Below the pieces are notes generated by a model, which worked only from the letters and a program-made list of their open reading frames with translations, ran no database searches and had not been told where the DNA came from. A program made the translations under genes and the position numbers. This document shows, piece after piece, positions 38,782 through 50,919 of a stretch of DNA of 64,000 nt (its first letter is position 1; each line of letters opens with the position of its first letter). This DNA is from Phyllobates terribilis (Eukaryota): assembly GCF_046119375.1 (NCBI RefSeq), contig NW_027362764.1, positions 442,308,001-442,372,000 of the forward strand. Reading direction: 5' to 3'.

Positions 38782-40287
38782 CAGTGTGTATGGAAAGTAT
38801 TCAGACATTTATGCAAATGTATTAAAATAGAAAAACTAAAATATCACATAGTCATCAGTATTCAGACCCTTTACTCAGACACTCATATTTTAGTCACATG
38901 CTGCCCATTTCCTTGTGATCCTCCTTGAGATGGTTCAACTCCTTCATTGGAGTCCAGCTGTGTTTAATTAAACTGATAGGACTTGATTTGGAAGGGCACA
39001 CACCTGTCTATATAAGACCTCACAGCTCACAGTGCATGTTAGACCAAATGAGAATCATGAGCTCAAAGGAACTTCCCAAGGAGCTCAGAGACAAAATTGT
39101 GGCAAGGCACAGATCTGGCCAAGATCACATTAGAATTTCTACATTATTCAAGTTTCCTAAGAGCACAGTGGCCTCCATAATCCTTAAATGGAAGAAGTTT
39201 GGGACCACCAGAAGTCTTCTAGACCTGGCCATCCAGCCAAACTGACCAATCGTGGGAGTAGAGCTTTGGTGAGAGAGGTAAAGAAGAACCCCAAGATCAC
39301 TGTGGCTGAGCTCCAGAGATGCAGTAGGGAGATGGGAGAAAGTTCCACAAAGTCAACTATCACTCCAGCCCTCCACCAGTTGGGCCGTTATGGCAGAGTG
39401 GCCCAACGAAAGCCTCGCTTCAGTGCAAGACATATGAAAGCCCGCATAGAGTTCGCTCAAAAACACATGAAGGACTCGCAGACTATGAGAAATAAGATTC
39501 TCTGGTCTGATGAGATGAAGATAGAACTTTTTGATGATAATTCTAAGCAGTATGTGTGGAGAAAACCAGGCACTGCTCATCACCTTCCCAATATAATCCC
39601 AACAGTGAAACATGGTGGTGGCAGCATCATGCTATGGGGGGTGTTTTTCAGCTTCAGGGACAGGACGACTGGTTGCAATTGAAGGAAACATGAAAGCGGC
39701 CAAGTACAGAGATATTCTGGATGAAAACCTCTTCCAGAGTGCTCTGGACCTCAGACTTGGCCGAAGTTTCACCTTCCAACAGGACAATGACCATAAGCAC
39801 ACAGCTAAAATAACAAACGAGTGGCGTCAGAACAACTCTGTGACCATTCTTTACTGGCCCAGCCAGAACCCTGACCTAAACCCAATTGAGTATCTCTGGA
39901 GAGACCTGAAAATGGCTGTACACCAACGTTCACCATCCAACCTGACGGAACTGGAGAGGATCTGAAAGGAAGAATGGCAGAGGATCCCCAAACCCAGGTG
40001 TGAAAAACTTGTATCATTCCCAAGAAGATTCATGGCTGTACTAGCTCAAAAGGGTGCTTCTACTCAATACTGAGTAAAGGGTCTGAATACCTATGACCAT
40101 GCGATATTTCACTTTTTCTTTTTTAATAAATTTGCTAAATGTTCTACATTGCTGTTTTTTTCAGTCAAGATGGGGTGCAGAGTGTACTTTAATGAGAAAA
40201 AATAAACTTTTTAGAATTTACCAAATGGCTGCAATGAAACAAAGAGTGAAAAATTTAAAGGGGTCTGAATACTTTCCGTACCCACTG
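38782..40287 (+). mobile_element. Tc1 DD34E element, frameshifted
   Basis: CAGTG...GAAAGTATTCAGAC TIRs. MSSKELPKELRDKIV..., WSDEMK, QQDND...NPDLNPIE with 34 spacing. Confidence 0.93.
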
Positions 40288-40293
40288 TATATA

Positions 40294-42999
40294 CAGTATC
40301 TCAAAAAAGTGAATACCCCTTTCACATTTTTGTAAATATTTTATTATATCTTTACATGGACAACATTTAAAATATGACACTTTGATACAATGTAAAGTAG
40401 TCAGTGTTCAGCTTGTATAACAGGGTAAATTTGGTGTGCCCTCTAAAAAACTCAACACACAGCTATTAATATCTAAACCACTGGCAACAAAAGTGAGTAC
40501 ACCCATACGTGAAAATGTCCAAATTGTGACCAATTAGCCATTTCCCCTTCTTGTTGTCATGTGATTCATTAGTATTACAAGGTCTCAGGTGTAAATGGGA
40601 GCAGGTGTGTTAATTTTCGTGTTATTGCTCTCACACTCTTTCATATTGCTCACGGGAAGTTTAACATGGCAACTCATGGCAAAGAACTCTCTGAGGATCT
40701 AAAAAAAATGATTGATACTCTAGAAAAATGGTGGCCTAGGCAAAAGAAGATTGCCAACACCCTGAAACTGAGCTGCAGCACAGTGGGCAAGGCAATATAG
40801 CGGTTTAACAACACTGGTTCTACTCAGAACAGGCCTCACCAAGGTTGACCAAAGAGGTTGAGTGCACATTTTCATCATCTTATTTAGAGGTTTTCTTTTC
40901 AAAATAGATGTATGAGTGCTGCCAGCATTGCTGCAGAGATTAAAGGGGCAGAGGGTCAGCCTGTCAGTGCTCAGACCATACGCTGCACATTGCATCAAAT
41001 TGGTCTTCATGGTTGTTGTCCCATCATGTAAAGATAATGCACAAGAAAGCCTACAAACAGTTTGCTGAAGACAATGCAAAATAAAGTAATCCTTCTGCAA
41101 TATATAAGGTGAGTATTAATGATACTTTATTTTGAATTGGCTTACTTTCTCATTCCGGAGTGCAGGCTTCTTTGCCTTATCTAGTTTGCTGAAGACAAGA
41201 AGACAAAAGAAATGGATTAATGGAACCGTGTCCTGTGATAAAATAATTTAGTTCAGATGGTGTCAAGCGTGTATGGTGGCAACCAGATGAGGAGTACAAA
41301 GACAAGTGTGCCTTGCCTACAGTCAAGCATTGTGATAACGACCACAAGCATACCTCCAAGACAACCACTACCTTGCTAAAGAAACTGAGGGTAAAGATGG
41401 TGGACTGGTTAAACACGTCTCCAGACCTAAACCCTATTGAGCATCTGTGGGATATCCCCAGACAAAAAGTGAAGGAGCGCAAGGTCTCCAAAATCCACCA
41501 GCTCTGTGATGTCATCATGGAGGAGTACAAGAGGATTCTGGTGAGAGTAAACATAACTTGAAAATAATGGTGGCCACACAAAATATTGACACTTCGGGCA
41601 CAATTTGGCCACTGTCACATAGAGGTGTACTAACTTTTGTTGTCAGCGATTTAGATGGCTGTGTGAATTATGAAACAAGGGGAAAAAAAATAGTTGGTTC
41701 CTGATGTCGGACTGATATATATTACAATTTGTGTGACCTAGTGGCATATATAGTGTCTATCACCGCAATCAGAAAACTGGACCGACATAATCAGTGGGAC
41801 AGTCGGTAAAACACTAAGAGGAGAAGAAAAAGAGACAGTCTAACCATATAGTCCCAAGACATCAAGTTAAGTGAAGAAATAAACAGTTTTATTTGATTCA
41901 GGTGACAACAAATTGATGATGAAACAATGACATAAAATTGATTTAAAAAATATAAAAACAAGGGGCGCACACCCAAGGAATATATTGATTTATAGAAAGC
42001 AGTGATGTAATCAGACAAATGGATTGAGTCTATGTGTGTTCAGCTAGAATGGGTATGAACACTTATGAAAGGTCCATATAAGGTAGGCTAGTGTTAGGCT
42101 AGTGAATAAAACTAGAGGGTATAAGATGCAAGTACAGGGATAATATTCTCATAGAAGGCCAAAATATATAAAGTGCTAGTGCGTATACATGTAGGACCTA
42201 ATGCAAAGCAGCCTCGCATTGCAAGACTTACTGACAGTATTATCAAGTGTGTGTCATAGTAATGATAAAAAAGGTATTTGCAAGGATATTTGTATAAACC
42301 AGGACACAATATCAATGATTATTCAACATCATAATAATTCCACATAGCTCACATTGCGCACAACTATCATACACACGTGACTTATTCATATAATGTTCGC
42401 TAACCTATTCATATATAATATACAGATATTCTGAGGACTTACAGTTAGCAGCAAACTCCCTTTTCCAAGTGGCGTCCATGTCGACCCGCATTTCGGCAAC
42501 TGCCTTTGTCAGGTGGTGCAGGGGACAACCACTACCTTGATTAAGAAGCCAAGGGAAAAGGTGCTGGACTGGCCAAGCATGTCTCCAGACCCAAACCCTT
42601 TTGAGCATCTGTGGGACATCCTCAAATAGAAAGTATAGGAGCGCAAGGTCACTAACATCCACCAGCTCTGTGATGTCATCATGGAGGAGTGGAAGTAGTT
42701 TCCATTGAGTGTAGACAGAGCTTGAAAATAATGATGACCACAAAAAATATTGACACTTTGTGCACACTTTGGCCATTGTCACATTGAGGTGTACTCACTT
42801 TTGTTGCCAGCGGTTTAGACATTAATGGCTGTGTGTTGAGTTATTTCGGAGGCACACCAAATTTACAACTGCTATACAAGCTGTACACTGATTACTTTAC
42901 ATTGTATGAAAGTGTCATATCTTCAGTGTTGTCCCATGAAAAGATATAATAAGATATTTACAAAAATGTGAAGGGTGTATTCTCTTTTGTGAGTTACTG
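40294..42999 (+). mobile_element. Tc1 DD34E element with duplicated 3' part and internal insertions
   Basis: CAGTATCTCAAAAAAGTGAATAC / GTATTCTCTTTTGTGAGTTACTG ends. C-terminal coding present twice (~41360-41660 and ~42525-42830) around a foreign ~860-bp segment. Confidence 0.85.
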
Positions 43000-43040
43000 C
43001 ACATATATTTATAGTTATATATATAAATCTATATATATGT

Positions 43041-43550
43041 TACTGTAAAAGTCAGAAGGCCGGTAAAACCTAGGATTTACCGGTCAATCTGGACATTTAC
43101 CGAGGCCGTCGGTAAAAGCTCAAAATGAAAAGTAAAATTGGACTTTTACCAGTGAAGTCTTGGTAAATCTTAACATTTCTCAACAGCGTTGGTAAAAGTC
43201 AGATTTATTCCATATAAACGAACGATTTTGGACTTTTACCTGGGCGAATTGGTAAACTTTACATTTACCAGCATGTGTTGGTAAAAGTAACTACCAGCAT
43301 GTGTTGGTCTCAGCTACATTTACCAAGAAGCCGTGGTAAATGTGCACATTTACCAACTGCGCTTGGTTAAAGTCAGATGTTCCATCTTCACACCTGATAT
43401 TTCTGACTTTTACCATGCTCGACGGTAAATGTTAACATTTACCAAGACTTCACAGGTAAAAGTCCAATTTTACTTTTCATTTTGAGCTTTTACCGACGGC
43501 CTTGGTAAATGTCCAGATTGACCGGTAAATCCTAGATTTAACCGGCCTTC
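43041..43550. mobile_element. Foldback element made of GGTAAA/TTTACC palindromic modules (CACTA-like MITE?)
   Basis: Terminal inverted repeat of >110 bp (43055 onward vs ending 43550) and about a dozen GGTAAA and TTTACC motifs. The right end runs into the gap. Confidence 0.7.
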
Positions 43551-43683
43551 NNNNNNNNNNNNNNNNNNNNNNNNNNNNNNNNNNNNNNNNNNNNNNNNNN
43601 NNNNNNNNNNNNNNNNNNNNNNNNNNNNNNNNNNNNNNNNNNNNNNNNNNNNNNNNNNNNNNNNNNNNNNNNNNNNNNNNNNN
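43551..43683. other. Assembly gap (133 N)
   Basis: Run of N. Confidence 1.
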
Positions 43684-44499
43684 ATATATGTACAGTGGAT
43701 TGCAAAAGTATTCACCCCCATGGCTTTCTACCTATTTTGTTACATTTCAACTTGTGTTCAAATATTTTTGTAATCCGATTAGTATGTGTGAATGAAGTGA
43801 GAAAAATATAGGCATAAATTACATTTATGGAATCATATAGCTAAAAATTGGCACGTGCATATGTATTCACCCCTTTTGCTATGTAGTCCCAAAATGTTGA
43901 AGTCCCAAAAGTTCCTGGTGCAAACAATTACCTTCATAAGCCATATGCTTAGTGAAAGGAAGTCCACCTGTGAACAATCTAAGGGTCACGTGGTCTGTCA
44001 GTACATACACACCTTTTCTAAGAGGCCACATACGCTGCAAACGAATTAAGCAAGAGGCACCATGAAACAAACACCATGAAGACAAAGAAGATCTTCAAAT
44101 AAGTCAGGGACAAAGTTGCTGAGAAGTAGAGATGAGCGTTGTTCTACTCGAACTGTTCGCCAATCTCAAATTTGAGCTGTTTTGGGCGGTGTTCGAGCCT
44201 TTCAGCGAACACGAACAATTTGAGAAAAATTCAGCTGTTCGAGGTTATGTTCGATAACTGTTCGTGCACCAAAATCATAACTGGATTTTTTCTCAGTAAT
44301 GATGAAAATTAATGTTAATACGCAGTTTGAGTGTACAGCGGGGTGGGGGGAGGGGCAGGGGATGGATCTCTGCAGGAACAATGAAGATCTCCATTTTTTT
44401 TTTCTCTTTCCCGCATTTACAGTGGGGAGGTGCAATCTGTCAGCCTATCAGCAGCGCACACACGGAGCGAAGTGCTTTTTTTCACACAAGCAAGGGCAT

Positions 44500-44575
44500 G
44501 TGTCATTGGCAGTGTATGTCACATGTCCTTGCCCTATAAGACCAAGCCATTTTCCCCGTCGCCACCATTTTCTCA
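44500..44575 (+). promoter_or_regulatory. Putative hAT promoter
   Basis: ATTGG, CTATAAG and GCCATTT motifs upstream of the satellite array. The same motifs are present in copy 1. Motif-level evidence only. Confidence 0.35.
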
Positions 44576-45048
44576 CTGCTGCAGCTGCGTGTTAGACGGC
44601 ACCGCTGTTGCTGTGTGCGCTATACCTTGTTAATTTCAAGCAAATTTTCGCACAAATCTACAGATAGCTTGGGAGTAGGGAATAGTTGTGATTGCAGTCC
44701 TTTTAAGGACAAGGTTACAGCATTTCCTACGACTTTTATCAGGCAGGGCTGTGCTCTTAAATAGATAGATTGTGGGAGTAAAGACTAATTGTAATTGGAG
44801 TCCTTTTCAGGACTAGGTTACATCAGTTCCTATCAGTTTTTGCCAGGCAGGTCTGTGCCAGTGCTGTGCAAGTTTTTTTCACAGCATTTGGCTGAATCTA
44901 GCAAAGCTAATCCTTTTTGGTCTATTGCAGAGTGTGTTAGTCAGTGGAGTAGCCTATCTGTGTTGCAAGATATACCACCTGTGTATAGAATACCAATTTT
45001 TTTACTGCACCTAGTGAAGTAAAATCTTTTGGGCATAGCATCATTCCA

Positions 45049-46762
45049 TTAGTCCATCTATACTGACCTCCATCAGGTTGCAAATTGAATATAATTTTTT
45101 TCTGCATCTAGCTCTGAAAAAATATTGGGCTTCTAGCTGTGTGTGGGACTTGTTGTATTAGTCCATCTATACTGACCTCCATCAGGTTGCAAACTGAATA
45201 TATTTTTTTCTGCATCTACCTCTGAAAAAATATTGGGCTTCTAGCTGTGTGTGGGACTTGTTGTATTAGTCCATCTATACTGACCTCCATCAGGTTGCAA
45301 ACTGAATATATTTTTTTCTGCATCTACCTCTGAAAAAATATTGGGCTTCTAGCTGTGTGTGGGACTTGTTCTATTAATCCATCTATACAGACCTCCATCA
45401 GGTTGCAAACTGAATATATTTTTTTCTGCATCTACCTCTGAAAAAATATGTGGCCTTCTAGCTGTGTGTGGGACTTTCTCTATTAGTCCATCTATACTGA
45501 CCTCCATCAGGTTGCAAACTGAATATAATTTTTTTCTGCATCTAGCTCTGAAAAAATATTTGGCCTTCTAGCAGTGTGTGGGACTTTCTCTATTAGTCCA
45601 TCTATACTGACCTCCATCAGGTTGCAAATTAAAAATAATTTTTATCTGCATCTACAGTACCTCTGAAAAAATATTTGGGCTTCTAGATGTGTGTGCGACT
45701 TGTTCTATTAGTCCATCAATACTGACCTCCATCAGGTTGCAAATTGAATATAATTTTTATCTGCATCTACCTCTGAAGAAATATTTGGGCTTCTAGCTGT
45801 GTGTGGGACTTGTTCTATTACTCCATCTATACTGATCTCCATCAGGTTGCAAACTGAATATATTTTTTTCTGCATCTACGTCTGAAAAAATATTGGGCTT
45901 CTAGCTGTGTGTGGGACTTGTTGTATTAGTCCATCTATACTGACCTCCATCAGGTTGCAAATTAAAAATAATTTTTATCTGCATCTACAGTACCTCTGAA
46001 AAAATATTTGGGCTTCTAGCTGTGTGTGGGACTTGTTCTATTAGTCCATCTATACTGACCTCCATCAGGTTGCAAATTGAATATAATTTTTATCTGCATC
46101 TAGCTCTGAAAAAATATTTGGCTTCTAGCAGTGTGTGGGACTTTCTCTATTAGTCCATCTATACTGACCTCCATGAGGTTGCAAATTAAAAATATTTTTT
46201 AACTGCATCTAGCTCTGAAAAAATATTTGGCCTTCTAGCAGTGTGTGGGACTTTCTCTATTAGTCCATCTATACTGACCTCCATCAGGTTGCAAATTAAA
46301 AATAATTTTTATCTGCATCTACCTCTGAAAAAATATTTGGGCTTCTAGCTGTGTGTGGGACTTGTTCTATTAATCCATCTATACAGACCTCCATCAGGTT
46401 GCAAACTGAATATAATTTTTTTCTGCATCTAGCTCTGAAAAAATATTTGGCCTTCTAGCAGTGTGTGGGACTTGTTCTATTAGTCAACCTATACTGACCT
46501 CCATCAGGTTGCAAATTCAAAATAATTTTTTGTCTGCATCTAGCTCTGAAAAAATATTTGGCCTTCTAGCAGTGTGTGGGACTTTCTCTATTAGTCCATC
46601 TATACTGACCTCCATCAGGTTGCAAACTGCATATATTTTTTTTCTGCATCTACCTCTGAAAAAATATTTGGGCTTCTAGCTGTGTGTGGGACTTGTTCTA
46701 TTAGTCCATCTATACTGACCTCCATCAGGTTGCAAATTGAATATAATTTTTTTCTGCATCTA
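45049..46762. repeat. 108-110-bp satellite array inside hAT copy 2 (~16 units)
   Basis: Reverse complement of the 2767-7405 unit. Ends ~116 bp before the transposase ATG. Confidence 0.97.
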
Positions 46763-46878
46763 ACCCAGCCAATAGTTTTGGCCTAATACCACAGTTTGGC
46801 CACTCAGCTCTGCTCTGTTCCCATCCATTGTTTTTTTGTGCAGACAACTCCAGAGTTGTGAATTAGTTAACCACCAAA

Positions 46879-49800
46879 ATGAGTGGAAAAAGGCCTGCTG
46901 CTGGTGGAAGGGGAATAGGCGTGTTGGGAAGGGGAAAAAGGTTGTGTCTGTGGGGTAGGTGTTAAAGCAACAGTAACATCTGCAGAAGAAAGACCATCTT
47001 CCAGCCAAACTAAAATGTCTACTTCTTTTAGCGGACAATGTGATAAGATCCCTTTCTTACGGCCACGCCAATCGCTACAAATTCCAGATGAGGCACAAAA
47101 ACAGCAGGTGCTTCAACGGATATCAAGTGCTCCTTTAAGTGGGCTCTCCTCCACATCAACTTCAACATCACAAATACTCCAGTCCTCAAAGGTGTCACCC
47201 CAATCGCACTTGCTTCCTCACATCTCCCAAATCTCCAGCTGCCCGTCTGAGTATGAGGTAGAACAGATGGTTGAGTCTGCAGAGCTGTTTACTCATACTA
47301 TAGCCTGGGAATCAGAGGTCGACTCCAGCGCTTCTGTGAATCCAGACGAGGAAATGATCTGCACTGATGCCCAGAATCTTTATGAGTCGGATCCAGGACC
47401 AGACGCAGAAGGTTCTGACCATAATGTAGACCCTCATTCCTAAACTGTAACTCCTGTTGGTGGAGACAATGAGGAAGACGATGATAAGACTCAAATACCT
47501 GATTGGAGCGACAACTTTAGTTTTTTGTCAGGGCAGGAACAGGTTGGCTCTGAGGACGACGGGTGTGATAACGCACAGGGTGATGATGATGAGGTTGGAG
47601 ATCCCACTTACTGTCAACCCACAGTCAGCCAAGAGATGAGGTCAGCAGAGGAGGTGGAGGAAGATGCTAGTGACGACGAGGTCAGGTTGCGCCTTCCTGG
47701 ACAGAGACGTAGTACTGGAAGCACGTCAACAACTGCATCCTCAAACACAACTCTGCCTCTCACCACAAGTCGTGGTGGCTCTTCAGGTCGCATGGGTGCT
47801 AAGCCTTGCATAGCCTGGGCATTTTTTCAGATCGATAAAGATGACCCAACTCGTGTTATCTGTAACATTTGTCAGCAAAAGCTAAGTAGAGGCCAAAAAA
47901 TACATAGTTTGAGTACTTCATGCATGAACCGGCACATGGACATGAAGCATAAGTTGCAGTGGGAAGCTCAGTGTGCTACAATGCGGCCTAGCCGGCCGGG
48001 CCAACCACCGTCTGCCATATCTTGTGCATCCGCGGCCTCTTCATCCTCTGTGACTGGGGGGACATCAGTCACACCTGTTTTGGGGCGCAGACCTGCCACC
48101 TCTTTACCCGCAACAGCCAGCGTAAGTGGCAGGTCATCATTTTCTTTGGAGGTGGTAACACCAGCTGGTGTTGAGCGCTGTTCGACATCGATAGCACTTG
48201 ATTTGGATCAAGGCAACCTAACATGTCCGTCTCCATCTTCCTCACAGACCGGCAGTTTGTCGGGGACACCCTTATCAACCCCGTCTAAGCACAATAGCCA
48301 GCCCTCGGTCCCTCAGATGTGGACAAGTAAAAGACCATTTCCTCCGAGCCATGAGAAAGCTAAGAGGTTGAATTTCACCATCTGCAAGCTCTTGGCTACA
48401 GAAATGCTGCCTTTCCGCCTGGTGGACACAGAGGATTTTCGAGACCTTATGTCCGTCGCAGTGCCCCAGTACCAGATGCCCAGTCGGCACTACTTCTCAA
48501 AGAAAGGTGTGCCTGAGCTCCACCAGCATGTCGCACACAACATCACCGCTTCTTTGAGAAACTCTGTGTGTGACAGGGTGCATTTCACCACAGACACTTG
48601 GACGAGTAGGCATGGACAGGGGCGTTACATGTCGCTGACTGGGCACTGGGTAACTATGGTGACAGCAGGACAAGGGGCTGCTGTCCAAGTCTTGCCGTCC
48701 CCACGAGTTGTGCGTCAATCCTCTTTATGTCAAAGTTCCTCCACTGCTTCTGCCTCCTCAACCTCCTCTCGGTCTTCCACCTGCACCCAAAGCCTGTCTG
48801 GTCATGCCACAAGCTTTCTAACTGCGCAGAAGGGATCCTGCACACCTCCTTACTATGCTGGCAGTATGGCTCAACGTCATCAGGCGGTTTATACATTGAA
48901 ATGTCTGGGAAATGTGAGTCACACAGCTGAGGAGTTGTGGTCAGCTCTGGAGAACCAATTTCATGAATGGTTGTCTCCACTGGACCTGAAAACAGGGAAG
49001 GCCGTGTGCGACAATGCTGCAAACCTGGGTGCGGCCCTTCACCGGGGCAATGTCACACAAGTGCCTTGTATGGCTCACGTGTTGAACCTGGTTGTCCAGC
49101 AATTTTTAGCCCACTATCCCAGACTAGATGGCCTTCTGCAGAGGGCACGGTCGTTGTGTGCTCACTTCCGCCGTTCGCATCCCGCAGCTCAGCGACTTAC
49201 ATCTCTACAGAAGTCGTTGGGCCTGCCACTTCACCGGCTAAAATGCGATGTGCCTACCCGGTGGAATTCAACTCTGCACATGTTGCAGCGACTGTGGCAG
49301 CACCGACAAGCCCTGGTGCAATACGTTCTGACATATAGCCTGGGCCAACGAGATCCAGAGGTGGGGCAAATCACGCTGGTGGAGTGGTCTCAGATCAGGG
49401 ACCTATGCACCCTTCTGCACAGTTTTGAAATGGCGACGAAGATGTTTAGTGCTGACGATGCCATTATCAGCATGACTATTCCGGTGATTTACATGCTGGA
49501 GCACATGTTAAACAGAATTCGGAGTCAGGTGGTGGCACAAGAGGAGGTGGAGGAAGTAGAGGAGGAGGAGTTGTATGCGGAAGGGCTAACATCTGCAAGG
49601 TCCAGACGGTCGGCAGCACCAAGGCGGCAGGCATGTGAGGGTGGGGGAGATGGTTTTACCAGGGCGCATGGTAGCAGCCAAACTAGTGAGGAAGGTGCAG
49701 GAGCCCAGGAAGAAGTGGAGGATGAACTGATGGAAGACTCATCAGATGAGGGAGACCTTGATCACATTTCTGTTGTGCGAGGTTGGGGGGAGAGGACAGA

Positions 49801-50578
49801 GGAAGGAAGCATGATTGTTAACTCGCCACCAACACAACAGGGACTTGGTGCTCCTGGATGCGCAACACACATGAGTGCCTTCTTGCTGCACTACCTGCAA
49901 CATGACCCTCGAATTGTGAGAATTAGAAATAATCCTGACTACTGGGTTGCCACACTGTTAGATCCCCGGTACAAAAGTAAATTTGCAGAAATTATTCCTG
50001 CCATAGAAAGGGATGCACCCATGCAGGAGTATCAGCAGAGACTTTTGCAGAATCTTACATGTGCTTTTCCACAAAATACCAGTGGTGCACGTAGTGAATC
50101 TCACAGTTCCAACTTGCCAACCGTGGGACCGTCAAGTGTTCAGCACTCAAACCGTAACAGAACCACAGTATCTGCTGGTAACATCAATTTTGCGGAATCA
50201 TTTCACCACTTTTTTAGCCCATCCTTTGCAAGGCCACAGGAGACAAGAAGTCTGACACATAGTCAACGCCTATAGACGATGGTACAGGAGTATCTCCAAG
50301 TAAACTTTGAAGCCATGACTGTGTCACTGGACCCTTGCTCTTTTTGGGCTTCCAATCTGGATAAATGGCCGAAGCTAGCCACTTACGCCTTGGAGATCTT
50401 GTCATGCCCCGCAGCAAGCGTTCTGTCTGAACGTGTCTTCAGCGCTGCTGATGGTGTGCTGACAGATAAGCGCACGCGGCTCTCCACTGATAATGTAGAC
50501 AGACTCACGTTCATAAAGATGAACAAATCATGGATCCGAAACGACTTTTCTACCCCTGTGTCATCCTGGGGAGAGTAA
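46879..50578 (+). pseudogene. hAT transposase (ZBED4/ZBED6-like architecture: BED finger, DDE, C-terminal dimerization domain), ~1233 aa reconstructed
   Basis: Two 1-bp deletions (~46910, ~46939) and nonsense codons at 47441 and 50273. Motifs FTTDTWTS, CDNAAN, CMAHVLNL, DVPTRWNST, LLDPRYK, CPAASVLSERVFS, RTRLS. Confidence 0.95.
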
Positions 50579-50619
50579 AAGCTTGATGATTGGTTAAAAT
50601 AACCCTACCAACCGTTTTA

Positions 50620-50890
50620 AGCTTTCAAATTACTAATCATGTTTATCTGTATCTTGGCTGGAAAATAATTTGGGCTTTGTAGCACTGTGCAGCACTGATT
50701 CTATTAGGCCATCTAAAATAAGCTCCACCAGATTTAAAATTACTAATCATGTTTATCTGTATCTTGACTGGAAAATAATTTGGGCTTTGTAGCAGTGTGC
50801 AGCACTGATCCCATTAGGCCATCTATACTAAAGCTTCACCAGATTTAAAATTAATAATAATTTTTAGCTGCATCTAGCCCGGAAAATAAT
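50620..50890. repeat. Diverged 110-bp satellite relic 3' of the transposase (~2.5 units)
   Basis: Period 110 (AAATTACTAATCATG at 50627 and 50737). Shares CCATCTATACT, CTGCATCTAGC and TTTGGGCTT blocks with the 5' array unit. Confidence 0.85.
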
Positions 50891-50919
50891 TTTGGGGCTC
50901 CGAGATGCGCAAGACACAT

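Noticed and set aside
43055-43550. CRISPR-like repeat-spacer appearance
   Set aside because: Eukaryotic context and no cas genes. Spacers are only 9-11 nt and mirrored by the overall inverted symmetry, and repeat lengths vary.
47525-50275. Domesticated ZBED4/ZBED6-type host gene
   Set aside because: It lies within TIRs and a TSD, has a second near-identical copy, and carries nonsense and frameshift lesions. This is a transposon, so no gene symbol is given.
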